Positions 26,483-39,100 of a stretch of 64,000 bases of DNA are shown in pieces (position 1 is the stretch's first letter; the number at the start of each line of letters is the position of its first letter). Position numbers and translations under genes: made by a program. The notes below the pieces were generated by a model. The model worked only from the letters and a program-made list of their open reading frames with translations. It searched no databases and was not told the DNA's origin. This stretch comes from Ascidiella aspersa (Eukaryota), in assembly GCA_963924565.1 (NCBI GenBank), contig OZ004607.1, forward strand, positions 28,582,001 through 28,646,000, read 5' to 3'.

Positions 26483-29400
26483 GTAAGTGTGTTGTTGTAG
26501 GTCGTTCATTCAACAGGGTAGACGAGAGATTAAAGGCACTGTAACGATTTCGTTGCTAGCCGAGGCAGATGTGTATCAAAGAGTTAGCCGATACTCTGTG
26601 TGTTTTTAGCAACAGACTTGAGGAAAGTCTGTCAGACTTAAATCTGTTTTTATGTAAATAGTCGTGATAACAGTGGGCTTTAAACTTCGAAAGATCACGA
26701 TTCACTTTGGTGTAGGACTCTAGGCTAAACTTAAATCCTAAATTTAAAAAGTTAGTCAGCCAAATATTTTAGGTTTCAATGCAGTCCAATAGTCGTTTCT
26801 TTTTGACGAAGGAAAATAGAAAGGTGTACCGAAGTTTTTAAAAGGTATACAGGTTAAACCGTTAGAGGGGCGTTATTAAACCGCAGCAGGCAAAGTTCAA
26901 TGGTACCTTCGGTTATGGCTCCATTGCTACCAAATATAGCTTGGGCAGACAAACGTTACCTTGTAGTTCCCCCGGTGAACATGACCTTGCGCGATCGTAA
27001 AGAGGTTTAACGTCGTCGGAAAGCAAACATTCCGTCACGCACGACACCGAAACTCGCCCATTAATCTACTGTCACGCGTTTATTAGGCCCTAAATCGGTT
27101 AGGAGGACAATGACTTTAAGCCAGTTTACGCACCTTTTGCTAAAACCACCAGTTTAGTTTTGAATCCAGTTTAACAAGATATTTTCGCATGTTATCGTTT
27201 AAAAGGTATAGTAAAATCACTAGGTGAATCCGCTAAAGATTTCATAAAAAATGGGTGTGTCTGTTGACTGCTTAAATTTGTTCCTATAGGTTCTGCACTC
27301 ATTTTATTCAACTCACATTTGTGGTTTGGTGCCGCGCTTTTTCTACACTCAACAGGGTTCGTGGTTCCTCCTTCGAAAAACCGATTACATAGTCGGGAAA
27401 TAAAACCGGCTCAGCCGGATTAACGGCGTTTTGCTATTTGCCGACAGTTAAAGCGAACCCTCATTTACGACCCGGCCCCGTAAAAAGCGCACGGCTTGGC
27501 TGGCACGGTCTAGCCACGACGCGACGACTTGTTTTCGCGGCGCGACTTTTGGACTTCTCTCTTGCTCCGCGCCTCACGCCAAGCACATCAACAACAGTCG
27601 CTGTAGTTGTTTGCCTGCCTGCCTTGCACATTCCGGTTCGGATTACTCTCGTCAATCGCGCACGGCACTTGCCAATCCGCCTATTACTTGCCCACAACAC
27701 TTGCAGCGTTTATTGTTGCCGATGTGCCTTTTTAAACCGTCCTGTATTGCGCACAGCCTTGCCTCTTTGGCAGTGAAGATAGGCGGTCAATACATTCTGG
27801 TAGCTTTACCTTTCAATCGCTGGTAAAGTAACAAGGCAACGAGTATAACTGAGCCAACCAAGTTTAACTCGCATGTTCCAGCATATGTGATAAGTCGCAT
27901 ACCTGCGCAGACATGGGTTGATGACTCTAAAATAGCGCTATTTGAATGTGATCCAACTCGATATTGAGTGATAAGAAATCTTATCGCCGAGCTGATGCAT
28001 GAAGGCAGTAAAAGTTTGTCGAAAAGAGAATAATTTGAACCCAAGACAGTGAGTCACGAGAACGACAGCGAACCGCCTTAAATTTTTAATGCCTTCCGAC
28101 GCGCCGAGTTTTAATTACGTCATCGTTCTTTTGCATTCTAAAGAGAAAATCGAGATCCCCTTGTTTTTCCCGGACACCTCGTTTATCCTACCCCGGCCTT
28201 GGCGCTGAATTATTTATCGCCGCTCGATGAGGAAAATTAAGACGTGCATATAGGTGGGACTATTACGTCATCTCACTGATGCAGTCGATTGTCGTCTGAC
28301 CCGCGGGGTCAAAGTTGGCTAAGTGCCCCATCCTGAACGAGTCGATGCAAAGGAATTTGATCCCACCGCGTTTCCCTGTTTCGGCAAGTTGTGCGTTTTG
28401 CGGATAGATGATTATCAGCAGCCATTTCCATGGCAGTAAATAATATTGGATTTCCTTGTGTTCGGTATTGTCGCGCTTGTAAAACTCGCACCCTTCACAC
28501 CTTACAGAGAGAAAACCAATCGCCTCGTTGGTTAGGTTCTTTTAACTTGTGGCGATTTTGTGTCGCCTGTAAGGAGTCAACAAGCCCTGACGTATGTTGC
28601 CTGTAATCCAGCCTTCATCTCATCCGAGCGCCGGATATTGTTGGCAGCCCTGTGTTCGACCGGCGCTGCTGCTGGCCTGCCTATTCATTGTAACGAGCGG
28701 CGACCAGTCGTCGCTAGCCAAAGAGTCGAATCAATATTTATAGCCCCCAGTCAGTCGGCTGGGAAATTAAGCCTGGCAGAGTTTTATGGCTTACGGGCGT
28801 GCTTTAGCCCGAAGATTGATTACGGGAGGTCGACGAAAGTTTAGGTCGATCTGAATTAGCTCTGATGGAAAACCGTGCGACGTTTGCGATGTCCGATCGC
28901 CGCAAATCGACTCAAGCCAGATTTGAGTGTCTCGCATTCGATTTCCTTCGCGGATTCGTAAAAGCGCCGCTCGCGGTCGATATTCCGACGGATTCCTTAG
29001 GATCGATCCGCCATTTCGACTGCATTGCGACATATATGCGCCCAGCAGTTTGCGGTTCCGTGCTTCGCCGCGCGCCCGCCATCAATATTTAATAGGGCTT
29101 TTTCAGCCGGCCTCGATGCGATGGCGGGGAAGAGCGAGAGAAAGAAGGAAGAGAAAAAGAAAAAAGCCGCCCGTTTCGTCGGAGAGATGTTATTGCGACT
29201 CCGCCCGGGCAGTAAGCCGATTAGCTCGCACAAGCGCAAACGAATCCTCCGGCGCTGTGGCCTTGAGAAGTATTGGCGCACGTTAGGTGGCCTTGAGACG
29301 CTTAGAAAGCCGTAAATATGCCCGGTTTTAGACTGTCCCGACGCACACGGCGTGTAATGGCGATTACGGAGCGGGCAGCAGCAGCTTCCAGCGTTATATA

Positions 29401-30174
29401 CTGCTGCTTTTGTACAGCGTGGCTCATTGACGCGGACACAAACTTTAGCGAGGTGATGAAAATGAGTGCAGAGATTAATCTGTCCGTCCGACAAGTTCCC
29501 GGCATCGGTAGGATGCGGTGCTGTCGAATCAGTGTTAACAGCGGGTGAACAACAATGACGAGCGCCATTAATTTACCAGTTAATCCCTAAAACCGCCGGG
29601 ACGATTGGCGAATTACTTCAGTGAAGTGACTAAATAGTGGCGCCTGCAATGAATGGTTCCATACAGCAAGGAGTTAGAATAACGCGCAGTTAGTGATTTT
29701 TTCAACGAAGTCAAACAGCATTTGCAGTTCTACGAAACTAAGGTTTTAAGGCGTCGGTCCAACAGCATTAGCGTTAACCAGTTTTATTCGGTTTTGAGGT
29801 TGCGTGACAACGCTGGCTCCGACCTCTCGTCAGGAAACTCCAACGTGTCGCGACTGCAAGCTGATTGCGAATTGCTTTCCTGTGCTATTTTCATCCTGGC
29901 AGGCCCGACCCGCTTTGGCGATCTTTAAAATCGAATTCGGTAGCTTCTCCCTAATAAGAGACCGACGCAATCGTTGTATTTCATGCCTTGGTATTTATGT
30001 TCGTTTGTGCCTAGCTTAAATAGGACAAATCGTTGTAGGCCCAGCCAGACAGCAAATAATTAGCAGAAAGCTGTTTTTAGCCATACTTTAGCTGTCTGTT
30101 TTGTGCAATATGCTGTTTAACAAAAAAAGTATAGTTTTGCAATTAGCCTAAAACGTGTCTTGCTCTCTTTCCAG

Positions 30175-33100
30175 GTTTGATACGTGGCGCTAGCTACAGA
30201 GGCAGATCCAAGAGTCGCTACGGCAACTCCCAAAAACCGACAGCACAAGACGACGACCAATACGTGTACGACGACTCACCTTACCAGAGCGACAGCGACA
30301 GCGACTGTTACGGCGACAAGCAAGAAGAGCACGACATCAACAACGAAGGGCGCATCTCGGAGAGCCGCGCCACCCCCGCCCTTATCCGCGACCACGTGCC
30401 GCCGCCCGCCAAACTCGCTGCAGCGAAACCGATGATGACCCTGGAAGGGGTGGCTAAGCGCGCGAGCCCGGGCAGCCTGGACCTGGTCATGAGCGGCGCC
30501 CGTTACCCCGGCAACAACGCCGCCATGCAGGGCAGGAGGGACCTAAGGAGGAAAAGGACTCCAGGGAGGAGCGACGGAGATGACTCGCCCCTCTCTTCTC
30601 CAACCTCATCCGCTGAGGAGTTCGACGCGCGCCTCGCCAAGGACACGTCGACTCCGCGTCTGCCAAAGACCAGAGGTGCGAGATTTTCTTTGCAGCTTTT
30701 TCGTGTTGCCTTCCAAGTGCGATTAATAATTCAAGCGCCATTCCTCCCTTTCCCCCGCGATGGGCTTTGCTTAAGGTCGCTTGTTTCGCGCCTGTTGAGT
30801 ATTAAGAATATTACAACGGCCACATAACAAGAAAAGGACTTATCGCTTATGCGTACGCTCCTGGCAATAGTAATGTGATTAATTTTAAGTAACAAAGGTG
30901 GAACTGTTTTAATTCATCTTCTCATATTTGTAGCAGGGCGAACCTAAGCATTCCGGGTGAAACTTGTCAGATACGTTCACTATAGTCATGCTTTACCTTG
31001 TCCGCGTTTGTCTTCACAAATCTACCCGAACTCCTACCCTTCTTTGAAATCTGTAAACTTCATATTGCCTGAATCTTTTTGCAAATTTACCGTTTTTCGC
31101 TCTTTGTTCGTAGAGGGCAGTAAGCTCCGCCTGTCGCAGCACATCCGCCAGCACTCGTACTACGACAACAACAATAACAGCAACTCGAACGGCACCAAGT
31201 CACCTGCTTCGTCGCCCGAACGAGATCCGGAGGTCGCCGGTTCGAATCGCCTGCCCGACCTTGACCAGATCGTCGACACTGTGACCGCCGTCCGCAGCCG
31301 ATCGCAAGGTTAGATGTTTGTGTAAAGCAATCTTTGTAATGGCCGTACTCGCGCTTGTGCTTTTACGTGCATTTTAATTGTTTTTTATTTATACTTTGAC
31401 CTGATGAAGCACGGTTGTGCGAAAGATTGTAGAGAAAATTTAATACAACATGGCTTACTTTAAAAAAAAAATTCCTGGAATTTTAAAATCAGTTTCTCAC
31501 TGCCAAAAAGCTAAATGACAATAAAACATGGTAAAAAAGATATTCGTCAGCTCATTGAAGACCGCTATTTTCACCTTCTTTCATCGTCTAGATTAGTTTA
31601 ATAGTTATACGTATTTAACAATTTCAAATGAAAATCGTGAAAATATTGAATTTGGAGTTTGTTAATACACCACAACCTCATTTCTATTTAAGTCTGTTAC
31701 TGTTTGTGGAAAAAGCACCCATCCTAACTTTTTCCATTTCTTCTTGCTCCAGGCAACAGCAGCAGCGATCCCGCGTCCGGGTCATCCGCCTCCTCCACCC
31801 TGGCCAAGCCCCAAGCGTCGATGTCCATTCCTCCTCCCGGAGCAAACCAGCAGCAGGGAGGAGCGGAGGTGGACGAAAACGAGGAGTGGGCGCAGGTGAG
31901 TGCCGCCGCCGCTGTGTAATTTTTTAATTCCCTAAAGCGTATGTTATTCCCAACGCGGACTATATACGAAATCTGGGTTTAAGTAAATTCTTGCCGGGAA
32001 TTTTAACGCTTTCCATCTAATGGACTGATGCCATTTTAGCATTACATAGTATATCAGGGTTTTGGTAAACATTTTTCATAATTTTGTTCTAGTTGTCCGT
32101 TTTATTCGCTTAAATTAAACTTGTTCAAATATAGTGAGTTTCCCAAAATTCTTGGGAGGATTTGTTATCCCGGTATCCACGCCTAACGACAGTTAAACAG
32201 TTATAAATTGGCGTTAAAAATCTGACCAACTTTAGTACAATTCCCGCTTTTGTCCTTGATGCGTATTTCCGCCACTAACACCAACTCTTCTGCATTTGCC
32301 CGCAGATCGCCAGCATCATGTCTTCGATCGGCGGTGGACTTAACAAGGGCCCGGTCTACGCCAAGGAGTTCGAGGAGACCTTCTGGAAGATTATGACAGG
32401 TGATAATAACGATAACAACCGCCGCTCGCTCGCAAATCCCTTGGGTCGATGCCCGCCGTGACGTTTTCGTCGATACTCGCCGCTGCTGCTGATGCACCGA
32501 CTGGCAATTATGACCGCCGTGTTTATTGCGTTTTCGCCCCCCTCCCCCCACATTTCCCAGAGCGCGAGATTTGGGCTTTTTTAGGTCGATGCACGCGAGG
32601 CCAGGTTCGGTTCGATCGATTTCGGATCGAAGGCAATAAATTAAGCACAAACGCAGTGGCGAACCGCGCTCTTGCTTTGTTACAGCGGCAAAGGGTGGCT
32701 TTACGGCGCATATTTCGTTTTTTTGTAGCGCTGGCCTACTAAAATTGGGTAAAGCAATCGTACGTTATCGCGTAATATAATGGTATTGTCGTTCTAGCTG
32801 ATGCCTAATGCGGATTTTCTTTCAAGGTTGCCGAAATACCCAAGTCTTTAAACGCAGCGCTCTTAGTATCTTGCCTTCGATTTTACGTTGCTCGTATAAT
32901 CTTGATGGGCCCTGCGATCACCATATGTCACACACTGTCACACACGCCATTATGGGCTTTATGAATTTGTTCGATTTAATCTCTATTTCGCAGTGTAATC
33001 ATTATTCGTTTTTTAGTCGTTTACGCAGCACGTAAAGCTCTTCACAAATTTCGCGTTAAAATCACTTATCGAAATGTTTGGCCAGTTTATATTAAATTGT

Positions 33101-36100
33101 TTATAAACCAAGCTAGTGTACTTTTGGTCGATTTCAATTGAAACACGCAATAATGTCACCAATGTTATTAAGAAATGTTATAAAGGCGCAGCTAGTTCTA
33201 TCTTGAGGCCGTCTAATTTGGTCCTTGCTTATAAATGAATCGATTGCACTGCTGGTCAGACGCGTGTTTTAGTGATGGACAGGTGCCACCCGTCCGCCGT
33301 TTGTTTTGTGCGTGGATCTTTGCGTTGCCACTAATCTTCTACACACTCGTTGCACCGCTGTATTTCGGCAAGAACGGCAGCGATGCGGAAATGCCAGAAT
33401 GATATTTAGTAACACTATAGTTTCAACTCGCAGTCGGAGAACAAACTTGAAGCTACACAAAGCGAGATATTGCCAGAAATTAAAAAAAAACTTATTCGCA
33501 AATTGTGTTTAAGATGTTTTTGTTTCATTCACTATTAAACTTATCAAAACAAACTGCCAAAAACGCCAACCTTCGCTATACAAGCGTTCACCTGCGCGCC
33601 AACCGACCATAAAGAAAGCGTCAAACAGCCAAACGATACTGGCCAAATAAGGATCCTTAATACTGCCGATGCGCAGACTGAATCACGGCGTATCGAGTTA
33701 AAATTGCACGTGCATGCGCGTCCGCGATAACACTTCACCCTGGAGTGGGCGTCTTTGTTCGCGAGTCAATCGACACCTTTCCCGAGAGTTTTTTAGGGAA
33801 ATCCTTGCGAAACTGCTGCGCTTTTCGGGGCTTCGGGCATGTTTGCGTCGTCCACAGTTTCCGAGAGCACCTGGGTTCGAATAGGACTGCTGTTGTTTGG
33901 CAAAATTTTTTTTTTTCTGTTGATAAAAACGTTCTGGTGTCCAATTGCCTTGCGTCGTGACTTGACCGTGTGGCTAAAACCGACAATGACTTTAATGCTT
34001 TATTTCGCGCAGCTTCATTTACCTAAGACCAGCAAACTCTTTGTGGAAGCCTTATATTTAAAGTTCAATTATACCTAAAATGCGGGATAAACAGACCGGA
34101 GTAAATAAATGCTGGATAAACGGCCTGGAGGATTAGCTACGGCAAAATAATGGGGTTTTCTTTTTGGTTCTCACGCCTAATTGTCGACCACAACTTTCCC
34201 ACATCAACCGCACTAATAAAAGCTTCTGTTTTGGGCGTAAACACGAGATAAGGCGATGGGGCGATCTATGGTAATGATAAGCTAATCTTCTCTACGGTAT
34301 ATTTTTTCGTAACTTGAACCTTTGACTTAGCCATTTATATATACCTTATAGTCAACTCGTTTTCATATAGAAACGCGGTGGCTATTGAAGCCACCATGAC
34401 AATCGGACCTTTTTTGCCTAATATGTCATAATTTATTCGCGAAACGCTGGTTATATCCGTTTAAAACGCTGTGCCTTATTTTTCTATATACTTGCATCTA
34501 ACTCAATTGTTTTTATTCTTTCCAGGCTCGGAGCTGCCTCGTCAGATCAGCACCTGGCTCGCCGAGCTGGGACTCCCCCAATACGAGAAGGTTTTGTGCG
34601 GCAACGGATTTGATGACGTCGACTTTTTGGTGAGCGTTTTAAATGTAAAACGGCACCCTCGAACAAACACAAGGCACAAAATAGAAAACTTTGCATCCCG
34701 ATTCCTGCTAAGGCTTTTATTTTGAACTTACTTTTCATGATGTGCACTTTTATTAAATTTTATAAACTTATTCATTTGTTGAATTGACGGGCTATTTTCG
34801 GGCTCTTTAATAATAATAAAAAACATTTCACTAAACGGCAATCTTCTGTTTCTACAGGCCGGCGACATCCTCGAAGAGCAGGATCTCGTCGACATGGACA
34901 TTCGAGACGCATCGCATCGCCGTCGCTTGCTCGAGTCCGCCCAGAACCTGCCCCGCATCCACCCACTGGTTGCCCCTGACAACGACACGGCGCCCTCCAG
35001 TGTCGAGGAGTGGCTGGCCTCCCTCCACCTGCCCCAGTACGAGGCGGCCTTCGTGGCGGCCGGATTCGACACGATGCAGTTCGTTCGGCTGATGGGCGAC
35101 CTCGAAATTCGGCCGGTGAGTCGTCCCTTTGTGACGTGACAATCGCTTGTTTTCGTTTGAATATAAAAGTGAGGCAGCGGCGCTGTATACTTTTGCGTGC
35201 ATTGCATTACGCCTAGTCATTTTTGGCCGTTACTACGCCAGGGATAGCTTCTATACGTCAGACTTATCTATTTACCCTGTGTTTACGCTATTTTTTTCAT
35301 CACTGTGGAAATACCCCCTAAAACAAAGGCTTGGAAATAACGTAAAAAGTGGATTACAGTCGCTTAAAACGAGTGCTACAACTTTCTAAACTTTACCAAT
35401 ACAGATTTTGCGCGTCATAACCATTGTGTTACCTCATCGCAGTGTTTTCCTTATAGTAGTTTACCTAATTCTCCTGTTTAAATCTCAACATCGATCCTAA
35501 AGCGATTAACCATCCGGTAAACGTTTTCCTGTCGCTTTTTTCAGTTGGTTGGCAAGCGAGGCCACTACAAGCGCGTCAAGGCGTCGCTGCTGAGCAAAAG
35601 TGGTGAGGAAAGCAAGCCAACTGCCACCCGTTCCGCCCGCAGAACCAGCTCACACGGGGTGAGTAAAGTGTGTATGCTATTTATTGTGCGACTGTTTAAG
35701 TGAGTAGCAGAGAAGGCCCGCTATTTAGTTCCTTGCAAAACCACAGACAAAAACGACCCACCCACATCTCGTTTAACACGTTTGTTTTTTAGGAAAAAGA
35801 AAGTCAACTGATTTTAAGGCTGCGATGTATAGTTAAGGGCAGTCAGATGTGAAAGCGAAAGTCAATTTGTGGCTTGTTTTCTAGTAGGGCACGCAAAGCG
35901 ACGACAGCTTAACCACAAAGTTTGCCGCGCTAATATGACAGAATAAGCAAATCGCTAAACCTTAAAACGAAAGCTGCGAAGGACTTTCGATCAGCACCAG
36001 AAAAAAAACATCAATCAGTTGACCGCCACGTCACGGGCTTCTAATACTTTCCCCATGCTGACTATGTTATGGCATCGTTACCTCGAAATGAATCCACTTT

Positions 36101-39100
36101 CAGTTTGTCAGCGTTTAGTTCCATCCTGTCGCCTTGCCCCACGACCATTTTTAACGTTTCAACGCAAGTTGCAGTCAGAGAGTGGCCGCCCTCCAGTCGA
36201 CCAGGCCTGATTTCTATGCCGGAAGTGACGCAGCGCTCCGTGTTTCCTCTCTGCTCTAAAGTGGCGGATAAGGTTCGCGCGTTCGTGGTAGACGTGCGCG
36301 ACGTGCCACGCAAACCGGCGTAAAAAGTTGCAAATTGGCGAGCTTGTTTGAACCGGGTTTTGACGCTAGCGAAGCAAAGGCTCAGGACTCGTCAAAGCGA
36401 GCATTGTATTCATCTAGACAGCGGGAGGTGCGACATATGCCATTTGCAGACGGCTAACCTGACAGCCAGACAACCGCATTTATAAGTTAACTATATAGAG
36501 GCTTTAGCTTGATAGGCGCATAAACTTTTACTGAATTACTAAGCTCCTTTGACCCATTTTGCTTCTTTGCGGAGTATGCAGTTGGTTACTGGTTAGTCAC
36601 ATGATTGCATTGTCTGACTGTTAGGTGGCTGAATAAAATAGAAAGTCTAATGACTTCTCACAACTTGAGCATTAAGACAACACTATTTGAAAATTAGCTG
36701 CCTTCGAGCTGAGTGAAAAGACATTAGCGAAAAGTTTGATTGGGGTAAAATATTTTGAAAACTGCCGCAATGCATTTTGTCAGTTGTAACTTATCGCACT
36801 ACCACCAGTTATCCCACCATACTTTCCCCAGCTTAAAACTGAGCTGCGTCATTCAGGCAGAACATAAATCAGGAAATACGACCTGACAACGGAAAACACA
36901 GAGAAGTCACGAACAGCTTAGGAAGGTTGTTCCTTCGAAAGACGTCAAAGCAGTGACATTCAATGTTCCTAATGGCCTCACATTACGCGTTGAATGACAA
37001 CGCCTCGTTCCACCAACGCAACAATGGTTACTCATGGCACATTGCAGCGTATGTTGATTGTACCGAATGCCTCCATACAAACTCAGTAGTCAGGTGCTGG
37101 CGGCGAGGCAGTATGCCGCATAAGCTGTACCTAGGTATCAGTAAAAAAAAGAGAAACGTTGGAATTGCGCAATATAAATGTAGACGATTTGCGTTGAAGA
37201 ATGAAAGAAGCTTTACGACGTGTATTCGCTGCAGCATTTCTGCCCATATAAGTCGCGCCGCAGTATTAAGGCAGAAATGCGTCGCACGGGCGTGCCTGCT
37301 GGTCCCTGTGTACAGTTTGCGGCGCAGCGCTTCCGTTTTGAGACTTTTCAAGCAGCAGAGTTCTTTCACTTTGCACTACGTTCGTAAATCGGAGTTCGCT
37401 GCGCGGTTCTGTTTTAAAAATAGACTGCAGTTCGGACAATGCCCAACGCAAAGTTATGCCAGAAAGTATGCTTTGTCTGCTGGCAGAGGTTTACAGATAA
37501 TTGGGAGCAAAGGCAGGTCAGTACCATAGAAAGCTATTGAGACCTAACAGTGCTATTTAAAAGATTTGTAAGGCCACTTGTAAAGTAAGTTGCTCACCTA
37601 ATACCGTTACACGGGTAGAAACTGAGGTTATATAGTGAAGATATGAAAAAAGGCTAAGCAGTGTGGTTTACAGGCCACTAAAGGGCGCCTCTTTTAACAG
37701 TGTACTGCAAGTTACAAGAATATACTTTGAAAAGCTAGAACATGCGGTAGATTTGCCTTAAATTTCTTGTCGATTACATATGTACGTGTATTTACGATTA
37801 ATTTTGAGTTGTGCGTCTTGAAATTTCACCTCGCTTCGTTGCCTAACCTAATGTCGCCTTATCTTGCGCGCAGGCAACCAGGGCAAGTCCGCCGCTGTCG
37901 CGAAGCCCACTCCTCGACTCGGCCAACTTCTTCAAGGACTACAGCAACATCGTCAAGTCGCGAGCCGCCGCCACAGCAACAGCCACAGCAACAGGCTCGT
38001 CGGGCACTCGCAGCCACGACGACGACCGCTCGCCAGCCTTTCACTCGGGCACCGTAAGCAGCACTGGCAGTGGCAGCAGCAGCGTAGCCGCCGACTGCCA
38101 CCCGCATCCGCTTGTCACTGACACCTACCAGGCGTCAGTCAGTCGCCAGCCGGTGAGATCGCAGAAGTCGAAAGAAGAATCGGCGCCTAGACTCCCGCTC
38201 CCGAGCGATCTCCCGACCTCTGAGCAGCTCGTCACTTCCTCCGCATCTGCTCACCGCTCCTCTTCCTCCTCACGCCAACACGGACACAGGAGAAGGTCCT
38301 CCAGGGATAGCGAGCACACCGGAAAGCCCAGGAGTAGATCCGGGTCGCATTCGTCGCGCACGCGTCGCCCCGAGCTCTCGGTTTTCGTCGAGAAAGTCCC
38401 CTCGTCATCTTCTCCCGCGTCGCCGCCGCCGCACAAGGAAAAGAGCGGAAGGTCCTCCTCCCACCGACACAAATCCCATCACAAGTCCTCCTCGTCGATC
38501 AGAAGCGTCGACTCGGAGCGGAAAGAAACTCTCAGAATGGTAAGCGGCAATTGCAAATCCATCGCTTTTACCGGTGACAAGCGGTTAAGATCTTATTAAA
38601 GATTAAAATAATCGCTAATGTAATCTGGAGTATTGCTATCGGGTTTTTCGGGATTTTTGCCATGTCGTGCTTGTTGCAGATTGTAGTTTGTCGACGTATT
38701 ACTTTTGTATTCCTTTGTAATTATTACATGAAAGCAGGACAAGTAAATGGGTTGGTTGTAAAACACCTTCTGTCGTACACCCAGAGTGCAGTGAAAAAAA
38801 AACCAGGCGTTATACCTCGCATTTACACTTCGCCTTTTTGCGCGCAGAGCGGCAAGTCTACCAACGTATTCGATATCCCGGACATCCACCGCGCCATCTT
38901 CCTGGCCAGCGAGGCCAGCCCGGGCGGCGGCGCCGGCGGAACCGGTGGCCTTAACCTGCGGCCCCCCAACGAGGCCACCGCCGAAGTGTCGGTCCATTCG
39001 TGGCGCCACTCGGCCGAAACGCTCATCACCACCTGTTGCAATTACCAAGCTTACGTAAGTATCTTCTCTTTGCGATTTATTTTTTCTTCTATTTGGTATG

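Noticed and set aside
97-30019. Dozens of 60-165 aa ORFs in the ORF track
   Set aside because: No recognisable domains, overlapping on both strands and often GTG/TTG-started; expected by chance in GC-rich non-coding DNA.
36963-37529. 188-aa intronic ORF
   Set aside because: No domain similarity, composition unlike the real exons, and no compatible splice sites found.
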